From: a virus
DNA length: 64,000 nucleotides
IMG/VR virus record: IMGVR_UViG_3300047469_000312
Coordinates: 108,465-172,464 of that record
Direction: 5' to 3' (one strand)
Within the stretch, counting starts at the first letter, position 1, and each line of letters opens with the position of its first letter. Positions 29,867-39,383 of this stretch are shown here, one piece after another. The translations under genes and the position numbers were made by a program. The notes beneath the pieces are model-generated. The model searched no databases. It saw only the letters and a program-made list of their open reading frames with translations, and was not told the origin of the DNA.

Positions 29867-30217
29867 ATGAGCAATTACGACGAAGTTAAGATTGACCTGG
29901 GGATGCCCGCCTCGCACAACTTGTTGTCTGAGACGGATCGCATGGAGTACGCCGATGACACGGATTGCGTGGAGTCGGTCGAAGTAATGAGTGTTGCGGG
30001 GCACGGCTTCACGTGGGATGCCATCAGGCGAGTGCCGATGCCTGCGCGTCAGATCGGTTTTGAGATCAAACGCGACGGCAAGCATGAAGGCCTGGTGGTA
30101 TTCAACACGGAGCTCGGGGATGTCACCCTGGCACCAACAACGAACGTCGGGGCGCTCGAAGGGGTGATGATGACGGTGCGCGTCACGCGCGTGAACTACA
30201 ATCGTCAGCTGCGGTAA
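29867..30217 (+). CDS. Hypothetical protein
   Basis: ORF. Confidence 0.65.
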   Translation: MSNYDEVKIDLGMPASHNLLSETDRMEYADDTDCVESVEVMSVAGHGFTWDAIRRVPMPARQIGFEIKRDGKHEGLVVFNTELGDVTLAPTTNVGALEGVMMTVRVTRVNYNRQLR

Positions 30218-30285
30218 AGCAGGACCTTTAATGGTGGGGCGGCGGGATTCGAAAACTAATCGAACCTCCGTTAAAGGGTAGTAAA

Positions 30286-30864
30286 ATGAAGAAGATCATC
30301 TCGCTGTTTCAACGCAACTGGGACAAGGACACGCACGGGGAACGGCGTGTTCGTGATGAAGTGACTGCTGGTGCAGAATGGGTGTTAAATGGCGAAGGGG
30401 TTGCCACGCGCAAGTGGGACGGCGTCGCGGTCTTGATTCAGGCAGGAAGCGCTTTCATGCGTTTCGATCTGAAGCAGGGTCGCCAACGGCCGGAAGGCTT
30501 TATCCCCGCCCAGCCTGAAGCTGATCCCGTTACCGGTCACTGGCCGGGTTGGGTGAGTGCGCAGACACCTGCCGGTAAGTACGTCATGGAAGCGGTCTTG
30601 AAAGCGCTGGACGCGTGGGGGGAAGTACCCGATGGAACCTACGAGGTGTGTGGGCCGAAGATTGGCACTCGTCATGGGGCGAATCCGGAGAAGTTGACGG
30701 AGCACGTTCTGATCCCGCACGGGAAAGATGTGATCGAAGACTGTCCGCGCACGTTCTGGGAACTGAAGGCGTATTTGCAAGCCCGCTCGATTGAAGGCAT
30801 TGTGTGGCACCACCCGGATGGCCGCATGGTGAAGATCAAGAAGGCGGATTTCCCCGTTCAGTAA
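30286..30864 (+). CDS. RNA-ligase-like nucleotidyltransferase (DUF5565-like)
   Basis: Motif I TRKWDG, TYEVCGPKI..NP, motif IV EGIVW, motif V MVKIK..DF. Confidence 0.7.
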   Translation: MKKIISLFQRNWDKDTHGERRVRDEVTAGAEWVLNGEGVATRKWDGVAVLIQAGSAFMRFDLKQGRQRPEGFIPAQPEADPVTGHWPGWVSAQTPAGKYVMEAVLKALDAWGEVPDGTYEVCGPKIGTRHGANPEKLTEHVLIPHGKDVIEDCPRTFWELKAYLQARSIEGIVWHHPDGRMVKIKKADFPVQ

Positions 30865-30873
30865 TGGTCATAG

Positions 30874-30904
30874 GCCCGGAGGGAAACCTCCGGGCTTTAT
30901 GCCG
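30874..30904 (+). terminator. Hairpin + TATGCCG signal
   Basis: GCCCGGAGG-GAAA-CCTCCGGGC then TTTATGCCG. Confidence 0.7.
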
Positions 30905-30942
30905 CTCGTCCATGCTATGTTAATACTAAGCAAGAGGACATC

Positions 30943-33900
30943 ATGAGCTTGATCAAGGCCAAGCTGGCAGCGCTGGTCAAAATACTCGACCCCACTGGCG
31001 CGCTAATGCCACAAGAAGTTCAAGAGCCGCCGGTGTCAACTGAGATGGCTGAGTCTACCGAGACCCTCAGCGTCGATGAAGCTCCTCCACAAGAACCCGC
31101 CGTTGTTGAGCCGGTGGAAGAGCCGATTCCTGAACCTGAACCCGCGCCGCTGGTCGAAGAGCCCGTTGTGGTGGCTGAAGCCGAAGTGGAACCGGAAGCC
31201 GTGGCTGAGCCCGAGCCAACACTCGAACCGACTCCTGAGCCCGAGCCCATCGTGGTCGATGAAGTAGTCGAAGCTGCTCCAGCACCCAAGATGGCTTTAC
31301 GGATGATGGCTGCGCCGCATCGAGCGCTGAAAGCAACCCCGAGCACGAGCCCACTCACATCCTCGTTGCAAAGTCTGCAGACCGCCATGACGGACTTCGT
31401 GGCGCCGTATAACTCAGCGCTCGTGAACACTAAAGTGCAAGAAGCGGTCACTGCCGACAGTGCTGCCGAACTGGGTGGAGCAACACCTGCTGCTGTGATC
31501 ACAGCCTTGGAAGCAGATCTGGATGCTCACGCCGCGACTTACGGTCAATCGCACAACGTCACGCCAGTTCAAGCAGGAACCTATTCGAAAACGCAAGTAG
31601 ATAGCGAGTTGCAGGGTCGAGTGGCCTTTAGCGGCATGCCGCTCACGCGCTATGGGGAGCTCAGTTATCTTCCGGCTGGCGTGTCCGGTTCGTTCGAGGG
31701 TGCTACCACCAACATCGCCCTCTACGGGGAAGCGCGTAACTATCCAGGCATTGTGGAAGATGATGGCACCTTTGTCTTCTTGCGCAGCGGGACCAATGGC
31801 TCCAAGCAAGGGGTGTACTATGCGTACACCAAGAACGTACTGGCTGCCACGGATCTGACGCCCACCCGAACCAACCGCAAGTATGCTCCGGCGTATTTCC
31901 CGTCGGGCTCGAGTGCGCGCTACGTGTGTCGCAGTGACATCAATGGTGCCTGTATTTTGGGCCGACTGCAAGATGCCAGCAACAATCTCACGGGCTGGTT
32001 CCTCTCACTCACGCACGGCACCTTTAACGATGCCAATCATACGGGTTGCGTGATTGCTGCCGGTAGCCTGCCGGGGGTGATTAATAACGCCTACCCGGAA
32101 GCATTCGTCGGCAATGATTCGGTTTTCCTGATCTTCCCCAATGCGGACGTGACGGACAATACTGGCTCACCGGTGGAATACCAGATTTACCAGATTCCCT
32201 TGTCGTCTATCGGCAATGGCAATACCGTTGTCCCCACGGCGCTCACGGGCTGGACGATCAATAGTTTCTACGGGCAGAACATCGCCAGCACCAACATGCG
32301 CTTTGCCAATGCCTGCGTGGATGTGGCAGCCAATCAACCGCTGGTGGTACGTGACCCGAGCGCGAACGGCTGCTACATCGTGCCGTTCTATCCGAACCAG
32401 TTGGGCCACTGTACGTATAGTGCACAAGGCTCGGACGGCAATATCCGCACCCGCATCATGGTGGAGTTCCTGGTGCAAAATCCGGCTACGGGCGAGCAAC
32501 CGGTGGTGAACATGTTCTACACCTTTGTGTGGAATCCCACCAATCGCACGGGTGGTGTGGAGGCGGCCTATAAGGGACCACTCACCGTGGCGGTGAACGG
32601 GAGCAATAACGTCGTGCTCTCGGGACCCATTCTGTTAACGGATCGCAGCGCGATTTCCTCGGGTAACTGGCTCACGGGTGAAACGCTTTCCTATCATCCC
32701 TCGGGCTACTGGGTCTCGGTGGTCGATCAGAACCAACCGGACTTGAACTGCTGGGTGACGCGCTGTAAGTTAAATGCGGGTGCCACTACACCCGTGCTGG
32801 CGTTGGCGGGCGGTCTCACGGTCACCGGCAAGCTTAACACTGTATTCACCCCGGCGTACGGTTCAGCGGTCGGTGGGGGGTTGATGGGTTCGTTTCAGCT
32901 TCCCAATAACCGGGTGATGGTGTACGGTGGTGGCAAGAACGCCGCGGGGAGTTTCCAGACCGATCTGATCTTGGCTCAAAAGGGTGCGGATGGCTACACC
33001 TATAGCTCGCAGAACTTTGGCACGCTCACGGGCTTTGCCCCGAATGCCTACCGGCAGTTCTTAACGGACATCGGGAAAAATCCGATCACGTATGGGGGCA
33101 TGATCAGTGAAATCACCGCAGCAGGCGCAATCACCTGTACGGGCGCTTCGTATATGGAGAACATTTCCAATACGGGCTACACGAACTGTGATAGCAATCT
33201 GACGCTCACGGGCAGTACCTCAATTGCCCCTGCGCTGTATGGTTCGATCAAATCTGCAATGCTCTCGGCATTGGGAGTGGGGGCAGTGGATTCACGTGTG
33301 ACGATCGTGGTGCCGCAGAATGCTTCGATTCCGCCGTTTGCTGTGCTAAACTGGGTCTCCACCGATGCCGTGGCGAGAGACATGGCGGCTTTGGGAGAAC
33401 TCTCCATTACAGCGGGTTCTCGGGCAGGGGCGATTACGGGCTTGTCGCTGGTGTCGGTGTCACCGGCAAAGCAGAATTACAACTTTGCGAGTGGCTTCAC
33501 GGACAACCAGAGTAATTACAAGTACACCTACATGGGTGGCGGCGTGACGATCGTCGAGTGTTCGGACTGCTGGCTCATTGGTGGGTCGTCCAAACACTTC
33601 CTGAATCGAGTGCTCTTCACAGGTGTCTACACGTATCGTTTTGCGGTACCGAAGAGTACGAACCGTCCCGACTGGAATCGCTTGGTGACCAATCCCGTGT
33701 GGGGACAAATCGCCTCGACTTTCTGGGGCGGGGTGCCGGGGAAGGGTTTCGGGGAATTCCAGCAGCTGGTGACGAATTCCGATGACCTGACTAAGCTCAC
33801 GTTCCGACCCTTTGCGACCAACCTCTCGACCTACGATGCGTGGACGCAGTCCACGCAAGCCAATTGGTCGGTGCAGGTGTCGCAGGATGTGGCACAAGGC

Positions 33901-34260
33901 TGGATTGTCTACTTTACGGACATTCAGCCCCTGATCATGAATGGCGTGTATTACAAGCTACAACCCGCCACGATTGATCTCACCACCATCCAGGCCAGCC
34001 CGGCGAACACGACCTTCTATATCTACGTGGTGTTCACCAATGGGACTCCAGCGTACGTGATTCGCACCACCGATCAGCCCGAGTCACCGACTGTGCTGTT
34101 CGTGGGCACGCTAGTCACCAACGCAACGCAGATCAGCGCGATCAACATGCAAAAGGTCACGCGGCTGGGGAACTATCGGGTCTCCGCCACGCGTGCAGGC
34201 GGCGCGATTCCGGTTTCGGCAGGCACGCCGGATGCCACTGCAGCACTTATCTGGAAGTAA
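30943..34260 (+). CDS. Large tail-fibre-like virion protein with Glu/Pro-rich N-terminal extension
   Basis: 1105 aa, Thr/Gly/Asn-rich beta body; H.VT..Q.G.YS motif; termini shared with 34356-35039. Confidence 0.7.
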   Translation: MSLIKAKLAALVKILDPTGALMPQEVQEPPVSTEMAESTETLSVDEAPPQEPAVVEPVEEPIPEPEPAPLVEEPVVVAEAEVEPEAVAEPEPTLEPTPEPEPIVVDEVVEAAPAPKMALRMMAAPHRALKATPSTSPLTSSLQSLQTAMTDFVAPYNSALVNTKVQEAVTADSAAELGGATPAAVITALEADLDAHAATYGQSHNVTPVQAGTYSKTQVDSELQGRVAFSGMPLTRYGELSYLPAGVSGSFEGATTNIALYGEARNYPGIVEDDGTFVFLRSGTNGSKQGVYYAYTKNVLAATDLTPTRTNRKYAPAYFPSGSSARYVCRSDINGACILGRLQDASNNLTGWFLSLTHGTFNDANHTGCVIAAGSLPGVINNAYPEAFVGNDSVFLIFPNADVTDNTGSPVEYQIYQIPLSSIGNGNTVVPTALTGWTINSFYGQNIASTNMRFANACVDVAANQPLVVRDPSANGCYIVPFYPNQLGHCTYSAQGSDGNIRTRIMVEFLVQNPATGEQPVVNMFYTFVWNPTNRTGGVEAAYKGPLTVAVNGSNNVVLSGPILLTDRSAISSGNWLTGETLSYHPSGYWVSVVDQNQPDLNCWVTRCKLNAGATTPVLALAGGLTVTGKLNTVFTPAYGSAVGGGLMGSFQLPNNRVMVYGGGKNAAGSFQTDLILAQKGADGYTYSSQNFGTLTGFAPNAYRQFLTDIGKNPITYGGMISEITAAGAITCTGASYMENISNTGYTNCDSNLTLTGSTSIAPALYGSIKSAMLSALGVGAVDSRVTIVVPQNASIPPFAVLNWVSTDAVARDMAALGELSITAGSRAGAITGLSLVSVSPAKQNYNFASGFTDNQSNYKYTYMGGGVTIVECSDCWLIGGSSKHFLNRVLFTGVYTYRFAVPKSTNRPDWNRLVTNPVWGQIASTFWGGVPGKGFGEFQQLVTNSDDLTKLTFRPFATNLSTYDAWTQSTQANWSVQVSQDVAQGWIVYFTDIQPLIMNGVYYKLQPATIDLTTIQASPANTTFYIYVVFTNGTPAYVIRTTDQPESPTVLFVGTLVTNATQISAINMQKVTRLGNYRVSATRAGGAIPVSAGTPDATAALIWK

Positions 34261-34271
34261 GCATTCATGAG

Positions 34272-34306
34272 AACCAGGGTACTTCGGTATCCTGGTTTTT
34301 ATGCTG
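34272..34306 (+). terminator. Hairpin + TATGCTG signal
   Basis: AACCAGGGTAC-TTCG-GTATCCTGGTT then TTTATGCTG. Confidence 0.7.
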
Positions 34307-34355
34307 TCGGTTTAATCGGCAATCTTATAGAAGATCTCTTTACACGGATGTGATC

Positions 34356-35039
34356 ATGGACCTGAGCGGATTGAACGGCGCGCTGAATACTTTTAGCACG
34401 GCGGTAGTAGGTGGGATTAGCCGGAAGGTGCAAACTGCCTACTCGGCTGATAACGCACTGGCTCTTAATGGCCAGACCGCCACCCAGATGACCAACACGG
34501 CCAACGCCCATACGGACGCGCACGCCAATAACACCAGCAACCCGCACGGTACGACTGCCGCCCAGATTGGCGCGTATAGCTCGGGCCAGATTGACACGGC
34601 CGTCGCTGCGCTCTTGCCTTCCGGTATTGTTCCGCTGTCCGCCTTTGGCGATGCGATGGGCACCCCGATTCCGGTCAGCATCAATACGTCGAACAAGACG
34701 GTGAATTTCACCGCAGGCATTCCGTGTCTGATTGCAGGCCAGGCGTTTACGCTGGGTGCTTACAGTCTCGCCTATGCGACCAATGCGACGACGCTTTATT
34801 ACCTGAAGCTGACAGCGGGAGTCATCAGCATCATCGCTTCGTCCACAGTCCTGGCGGAGTCGAACACCACCATGTACATTGGTAAGATTGTGACGGATGC
34901 CTCGGGCAATGTCACCACGAACACCATTGCGCGGGTGGTACGGGTCGATGTCTATCGGGTGTCGGCAACCGCAGCGGGCTCTTCGATTGCTGTCTCTAAC
35001 GGCACTCCTGACCAAAGCGCGAGCCTCGCCTGGTCCTAA
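34356..35039 (+). CDS. Short tail-fibre-like virion protein (paralog of 30943-34260)
   Basis: NPHGTTAAQIGAYS; C-terminal YRVSAT.AG..I.VS.GTPD. Confidence 0.7.
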   Translation: MDLSGLNGALNTFSTAVVGGISRKVQTAYSADNALALNGQTATQMTNTANAHTDAHANNTSNPHGTTAAQIGAYSSGQIDTAVAALLPSGIVPLSAFGDAMGTPIPVSINTSNKTVNFTAGIPCLIAGQAFTLGAYSLAYATNATTLYYLKLTAGVISIIASSTVLAESNTTMYIGKIVTDASGNVTTNTIARVVRVDVYRVSATAAGSSIAVSNGTPDQSASLAWS

Positions 35040-35059
35040 TTTTATTTTGAGGTTTTACG

Positions 35060-35560
35060 ATGCCTTACTACCGCGACGCGAGCGGCAATGTGCTCTTTTT
35101 CAATTCGATTGCGTTCGCGCATGATCTGCCTGCCGGTGCCACGGTGATCAGTGATGCGGAAGCGCTGGCGGATACTCCCACACCCTTGGGTGAAATCCAG
35201 AACTTGCAGATCCAGCAAATCGACGATGCTTGTGCAGCGGCGATTGTCAATGGTTTCACGTCCAGTGCACTGGGTGCCGCCTATCACTATCCGGCCAAAA
35301 GCACCGATCAGGCGAACCTGGCAGCGGCGGTGCAGCGCTCGATGTTGCCGGGTTTTACTTCGGTGCTCTTCTGGTGTGCAGACCGGTACGGTAACTGGGC
35401 CATGCGTGGTCACAACCAAGCCCAAATCCAGCAAGTCGGCATTGACGGCTTTAACTGGATTAGCAAGTGCATCGCCCAAAAGGCTCAGCTTGAAGTGCAG
35501 GTGATGAGCCTGCAAGATCCGGCTGCCATTGCCAAGATCGTCTGGTCGAATCCGACCTAA
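35060..35560 (+). CDS. DUF4376-like tail-fibre-associated protein
   Basis: GF.SSALG..Y.Y.....DQANL, WCAD..G.W....H...QIQQVG. Confidence 0.7.
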   Translation: MPYYRDASGNVLFFNSIAFAHDLPAGATVISDAEALADTPTPLGEIQNLQIQQIDDACAAAIVNGFTSSALGAAYHYPAKSTDQANLAAAVQRSMLPGFTSVLFWCADRYGNWAMRGHNQAQIQQVGIDGFNWISKCIAQKAQLEVQVMSLQDPAAIAKIVWSNPT

Positions 35561-35565
35561 TTGAT

Positions 35566-35595
35566 GCCCAGGGCTACGGCCCTGGGTCTATGCCG
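35566..35595 (+). terminator. Hairpin + TATGCCG signal
   Basis: GCCCAGGGC-TACG-GCCCTGGGT then CTATGCCG. Confidence 0.7.
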
Positions 35596-35660
35596 TTTTT
35601 ACTCGTGGCCGCCATGATTTGTCTATGGTGGAAAGAGGACCCGGATCAAGGATTCCAGAT

Positions 35661-35688
35661 AAAATCAGCCCTATATAACAGGAGTGAG
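35661..35688 (+). promoter_or_regulatory. Putative phage early promoter
   Basis: AAAATCAGCCCTATATAAC...GTGAG. Confidence 0.6.
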
Positions 35689-35755
35689 AAGGTTGTAGTA
35701 CCCTCTTCTCCTAGGCTTGAATTGATCAACGAAGAAGATAAAGGAGTTGTTTGTG

Positions 35756-37411
35756 ATGGCTAAAGGTCGTGCCCTGAAAGATCTGCGTAACATTCACCAA
35801 TTGTTCACTCCGGCGAAGCCTGAGAAACCTTTTGCGCAACAACTGGCCGCTGCTGAGAAAGCACCGCCTCCGGCCGAAGACATCGACGTCGCGATGCTCG
35901 CACTGATGACCAACTACCGGGGTTGGACGGTAGGTGATGTGCAGCGTTGTTTGGCCAAGCATCCGGACGCAGATCAGATTCCGGCTCTCATGAACAAGTT
36001 CGTCAATGAAGGAAAATTCGAAATTATGACTATTACAGGTCGCCCCGCAACGTATACCCTGAAGCGCAAGCCCCTGGAAACTATCACCAGCGCCCGCAAC
36101 AAAGCGGCGGCGTTCAAGCTCACTGATCCGGTGGGCACCCGGCAAGCTCCGGACCCCAAGGGCGTCATCGTCCTTGAAGAAGGGCTGGACGTGGCCATCT
36201 GGAAGGTGATGTCGGACAACAAGGCGCGCACCAAGAACGAAATCTGCGCGATGCTGGCCGAGTACAAGTTCGATCGCATCCAGATCAATCGCCGGGTCGA
36301 TTCGATGATCAACTCGCGCAATTACTTCGACCGTCGTGACGGTGGCTCGGGCGGTATGCGCTACTCGATGAAGAAACACGTGCCGATGCCTACCCCGCTC
36401 AATCAGGTGCTCCTGGAAGAGCAGACGGCGCTCGCCAAGATCCGCGACAACCTCACGACACCGCGCGTCGAAGACGAACGCGAAATTCGCATCCGCGCGA
36501 TGTATGAATCCAGCGCGCAGGGCAACTTCGCTCCGCTGCATTCGGCTTCGCGTGAAGTCGGTTCGGTGTTTTCGATCGTCTCGAATGCACTCAATAGCGA
36601 GCATGCTGAGAAGGTGGATGGTGCAAGCGTCCTGGCGCAGGAAGAAGTCTCGGCTGAAGCTATCAAGCAAGTAAACGCAACCTCGGAAGCCCCGATGAAT
36701 CCCGTGATTGACCTCGCCCCGACGATGGCGGAAGACGACCATTTGAACACACTCATCTGGAAGGCGATGTCCGACCACAAGCCGTACAAGTCGGAGGACG
36801 TGGTCACGCTGGTGCAGCTGGTGCGCCCGAGCCAGTCAGCGAAGAGCATCGGCAACCGTCTCTCGGCACTCGGTATCGACGGCTGGTTTAATATCTCGAA
36901 GGAAGGCCGCGCGAATGTCTGGGCTCTGAAGCCCGGCATTCCCAATCCGAACCTGAAAGTGAACGAGCCGCTGGCCGCGCACCACGCGAGCCTGCGTGCA
37001 GCCCAGTCGAAGTCGCCACAACAAGAACTGCCGGTGCAAACTGAGCAGCCCGTAGCACAACCCGAAATCACCGATAACCAGGAAACCGACATGTCTGCTG
37101 CCACCAATACGAAGTACAACACCACCCCCTCCCTCGTGCAAGTCGCTCCGAAAGCTGCGCCGATCGCTGCACCCCTGATCGAACTCGCCATCCCCATCAA
37201 GGGCGAGAAGTTCAGCTTCGCCGAATGCCGTCAGCTCGTCGAAGAACTGCGCGCACTCGGCTACGGCCGTGAGTCGGGCGCCGTCTCGCAGCTGTCGTTG
37301 GTGAATCAGCAAGTCACCATCAAGGGCATCGTGTTCGAGAAGAACGAGCTCGATGAGATTGTCAAGTCGCTGCTCGCTGAAGGTTTCGGTAGCCACGCTG
37401 TCAAGCGCTAA
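35756..37411 (+). CDS. Multi-repeat putative DNA-binding protein
   Basis: Three copies of a ~60-aa wHTH-like unit plus a duplicated C-terminal IKG motif. Confidence 0.7.
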   Translation: MAKGRALKDLRNIHQLFTPAKPEKPFAQQLAAAEKAPPPAEDIDVAMLALMTNYRGWTVGDVQRCLAKHPDADQIPALMNKFVNEGKFEIMTITGRPATYTLKRKPLETITSARNKAAAFKLTDPVGTRQAPDPKGVIVLEEGLDVAIWKVMSDNKARTKNEICAMLAEYKFDRIQINRRVDSMINSRNYFDRRDGGSGGMRYSMKKHVPMPTPLNQVLLEEQTALAKIRDNLTTPRVEDEREIRIRAMYESSAQGNFAPLHSASREVGSVFSIVSNALNSEHAEKVDGASVLAQEEVSAEAIKQVNATSEAPMNPVIDLAPTMAEDDHLNTLIWKAMSDHKPYKSEDVVTLVQLVRPSQSAKSIGNRLSALGIDGWFNISKEGRANVWALKPGIPNPNLKVNEPLAAHHASLRAAQSKSPQQELPVQTEQPVAQPEITDNQETDMSAATNTKYNTTPSLVQVAPKAAPIAAPLIELAIPIKGEKFSFAECRQLVEELRALGYGRESGAVSQLSLVNQQVTIKGIVFEKNELDEIVKSLLAEGFGSHAVKR

Positions 37412-37423
37412 AGAGGTGACGAC

Positions 37424-37516
37424 ATGAGCGTGAGATTCTTTCTGTTCTGTTGTCGCCTGCTGAGAATCTCGCCGACCATCGTCGTCTCTCAGCCTAGCGA
37501 CAAACCCAAGCGCTAA
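37424..37516 (+). CDS. Possible 30-aa small protein (MSVRFFLFCCRLL...)
   Basis: GAGGTG RBS; ORF lies before the terminator. Confidence 0.35.
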   Translation: MSVRFFLFCCRLLRISPTIVVSQPSDKPKR

Positions 37517-37529
37517 ACCGCAGTAAGTT

Positions 37530-37560
37530 GCCGGGACCTTCGGGTCCTGGCTTTATGACG
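37530..37560 (+). terminator. Hairpin + TATGACG signal
   Basis: GCCGGGACC-TTCG-GGTCCTGGC then TTTATGACG. Confidence 0.7.
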
Positions 37561-37583
37561 TCGCTTTCTTTCAGGAGAACGTA

Positions 37584-38321
37584 ATGATTAAGCATCTGTT
37601 AGCAGCTGCATTGCTTGTTAGTGTCTCGAGCATGGCGCTCGCAGACGGCCCCCTCAGTGCCTATGACGGTACTGAGGATCTTGCGCTCGCCCCGAACGAG
37701 CGCGTCATCCCCGAAAGCCAATACAACATCGATGGAGCACAAGAAGACCCCGCTGCACCGATGACCGGAACCGCCCGCGCCTTTCGCAATGGTCGGATAC
37801 AAGGTGCCGCAGAACAAAAAGAAAAAGATGCCCAAAACTATCCGCCCCTGCCGCCGCTACCGAAAGGTTACGCAGGCTACCCCCAAGCCGCCCAAGTGGC
37901 TGCCATCCCTAAACCTGTTATGCGTCAAGCGCCAGCGCCCGTCTATGCTGCGCCCCAACAGCAAGCTGAGGTCGCCTATCAGCCGCAACCGCAACAGTAC
38001 GTACATGCTGCTCAGCCACCGGTTGTGGTGAATGTCGTGCAGCCGGACCCGCGCTACTACCAGCCTGCCACTGACTTTGGTCGCGCACCCAGCTGGCGCA
38101 ACCGCCAAGAAGCCATGGAAGAATATGGCTACGACCCGTACCCGCCCCCCGGCTATCAGCCGCCGCCCCGGCCGGTTTATATCGCCCCGCAACCAGTCTA
38201 TGTACAGCCTGGTTATGTGGTGCGCTCACAACCGCGTTACTACCAGCCTTACCCGGTCTATCGGGACAGTGGTTACGCTGTGATTCGGGGACGTGGTTGG
38301 TCGGTGGGAACAGGATGGTAA
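37584..38321 (+). CDS. Secreted Pro/Gln/Tyr-rich protein
   Basis: Sec signal peptide ending AxA; PxPV-like repeats. Confidence 0.75.
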   Translation: MIKHLLAAALLVSVSSMALADGPLSAYDGTEDLALAPNERVIPESQYNIDGAQEDPAAPMTGTARAFRNGRIQGAAEQKEKDAQNYPPLPPLPKGYAGYPQAAQVAAIPKPVMRQAPAPVYAAPQQQAEVAYQPQPQQYVHAAQPPVVVNVVQPDPRYYQPATDFGRAPSWRNRQEAMEEYGYDPYPPPGYQPPPRPVYIAPQPVYVQPGYVVRSQPRYYQPYPVYRDSGYAVIRGRGWSVGTGW

Positions 38322-38334
38322 AATTAACGTAGTG

Positions 38335-38450
38335 GCATCATCGAGTGAGTACTGTTCCATGAACGGGGAGAGGGCACAGACCGTTGTGCTCGCATGCGAC
38401 ACGCGCTCTGCTAGGAGTTCGCCCTCCTCCCGTTCGAAAATCGACGATGC
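38335..38450 (+). ncRNA. Candidate structured intergenic RNA
   Basis: Nested stems 38335-44/38441-50 and 38361-75/38421-35. Confidence 0.4.
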
Positions 38451-38562
38451 GTAATGAGTAAATTGAAAATAACAAAAGCCGATCTTATTTTTGCGCTCTT
38501 GTGTCTGGGTGCATTAATAGGCGGTATGATAAATGGCTATTATAGCCAATAAGAGGAATGAA

Positions 38563-39258
38563 ATGAACAACGCACCGACCTGGGTGAAGAAGATTACATT
38601 TGAACTGCGCCACCCGGCGTATAAGGACAATAAGCTCGTGCGGACGCTCGTCGTGTCCGACACAGTGCACGTGCCAGAGGGAATGCTGACACCGTCGATG
38701 GACAGTCTCGGGTTGGTGGATTTTGACTATCGTGATCCGGGGGATTACGACAAGATCCGCGAACTCATCATCAAAGAAGTGATCCGCTCCAAGATCGATG
38801 GTTTGCCGCCGCATGCAGTGTCGGATGTGATTCGGGTGACGAAGGAAAGCACGTTCCAAATCATCACTACGGCAACCGATCGCATCGCAGGCAGGCCGAC
38901 GCGACGCTTTGGGATCAAGCTCACGCTGGAAGGACGCGAAAACGAGTCGCTCTGGTACGGTGGCAGTGACATGCCGGTCTACCACTTTGTCGGGGGAGAG
39001 TGGTCAGGCGTGGGTGACCCGATGTTCGACGCGCATTGCTGCTGGGTGGGCAAGCTCGTCGCGACGCAAAAGGCTGAGGAAATTCTGCGGGACTGGCAGC
39101 GCATGGGTTTTAACCAGCCGCCGATTAAAACCGATGTCCAGGAATTGTGCTATGCCAAGCAAACCATTCAGTTGGTGAGCGAAGTACAGCGCGATGCTCT
39201 GGCAGGTGGCGTGACTGCGTTCGGTTCGCGTGCATTGGCGGAATTGGACTTGCACTAA
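38563..39258 (+). CDS. Hypothetical protein
   Basis: GAGG RBS, 231 aa. Confidence 0.75.
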   Translation: MNNAPTWVKKITFELRHPAYKDNKLVRTLVVSDTVHVPEGMLTPSMDSLGLVDFDYRDPGDYDKIRELIIKEVIRSKIDGLPPHAVSDVIRVTKESTFQIITTATDRIAGRPTRRFGIKLTLEGRENESLWYGGSDMPVYHFVGGEWSGVGDPMFDAHCCWVGKLVATQKAEEILRDWQRMGFNQPPIKTDVQELCYAKQTIQLVSEVQRDALAGGVTAFGSRALAELDLH

Positions 39259-39321
39259 GGTGCATAGGGAGCCAGTAGGCTCCCGACTCGTCCGGTTCCT
39301 TTTTCTTTTCTATTGAAGGAC

Positions 39322-39346
39322 AAAATAAACATATATCATCAAGTAG
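39322..39346 (+). promoter_or_regulatory. Putative early promoter (variant)
   Basis: AAAATAAACATATATCATC. Confidence 0.4.
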
Positions 39347-39383
39347 CAATGCAACCGAGGTCGTTAACTTTGGAGGAAGTATT

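Noticed and set aside
31020-31300. Tandem DNA repeat or array
   Set aside because: It is explained by low-complexity Glu/Pro coding sequence in the fibre gene leader.
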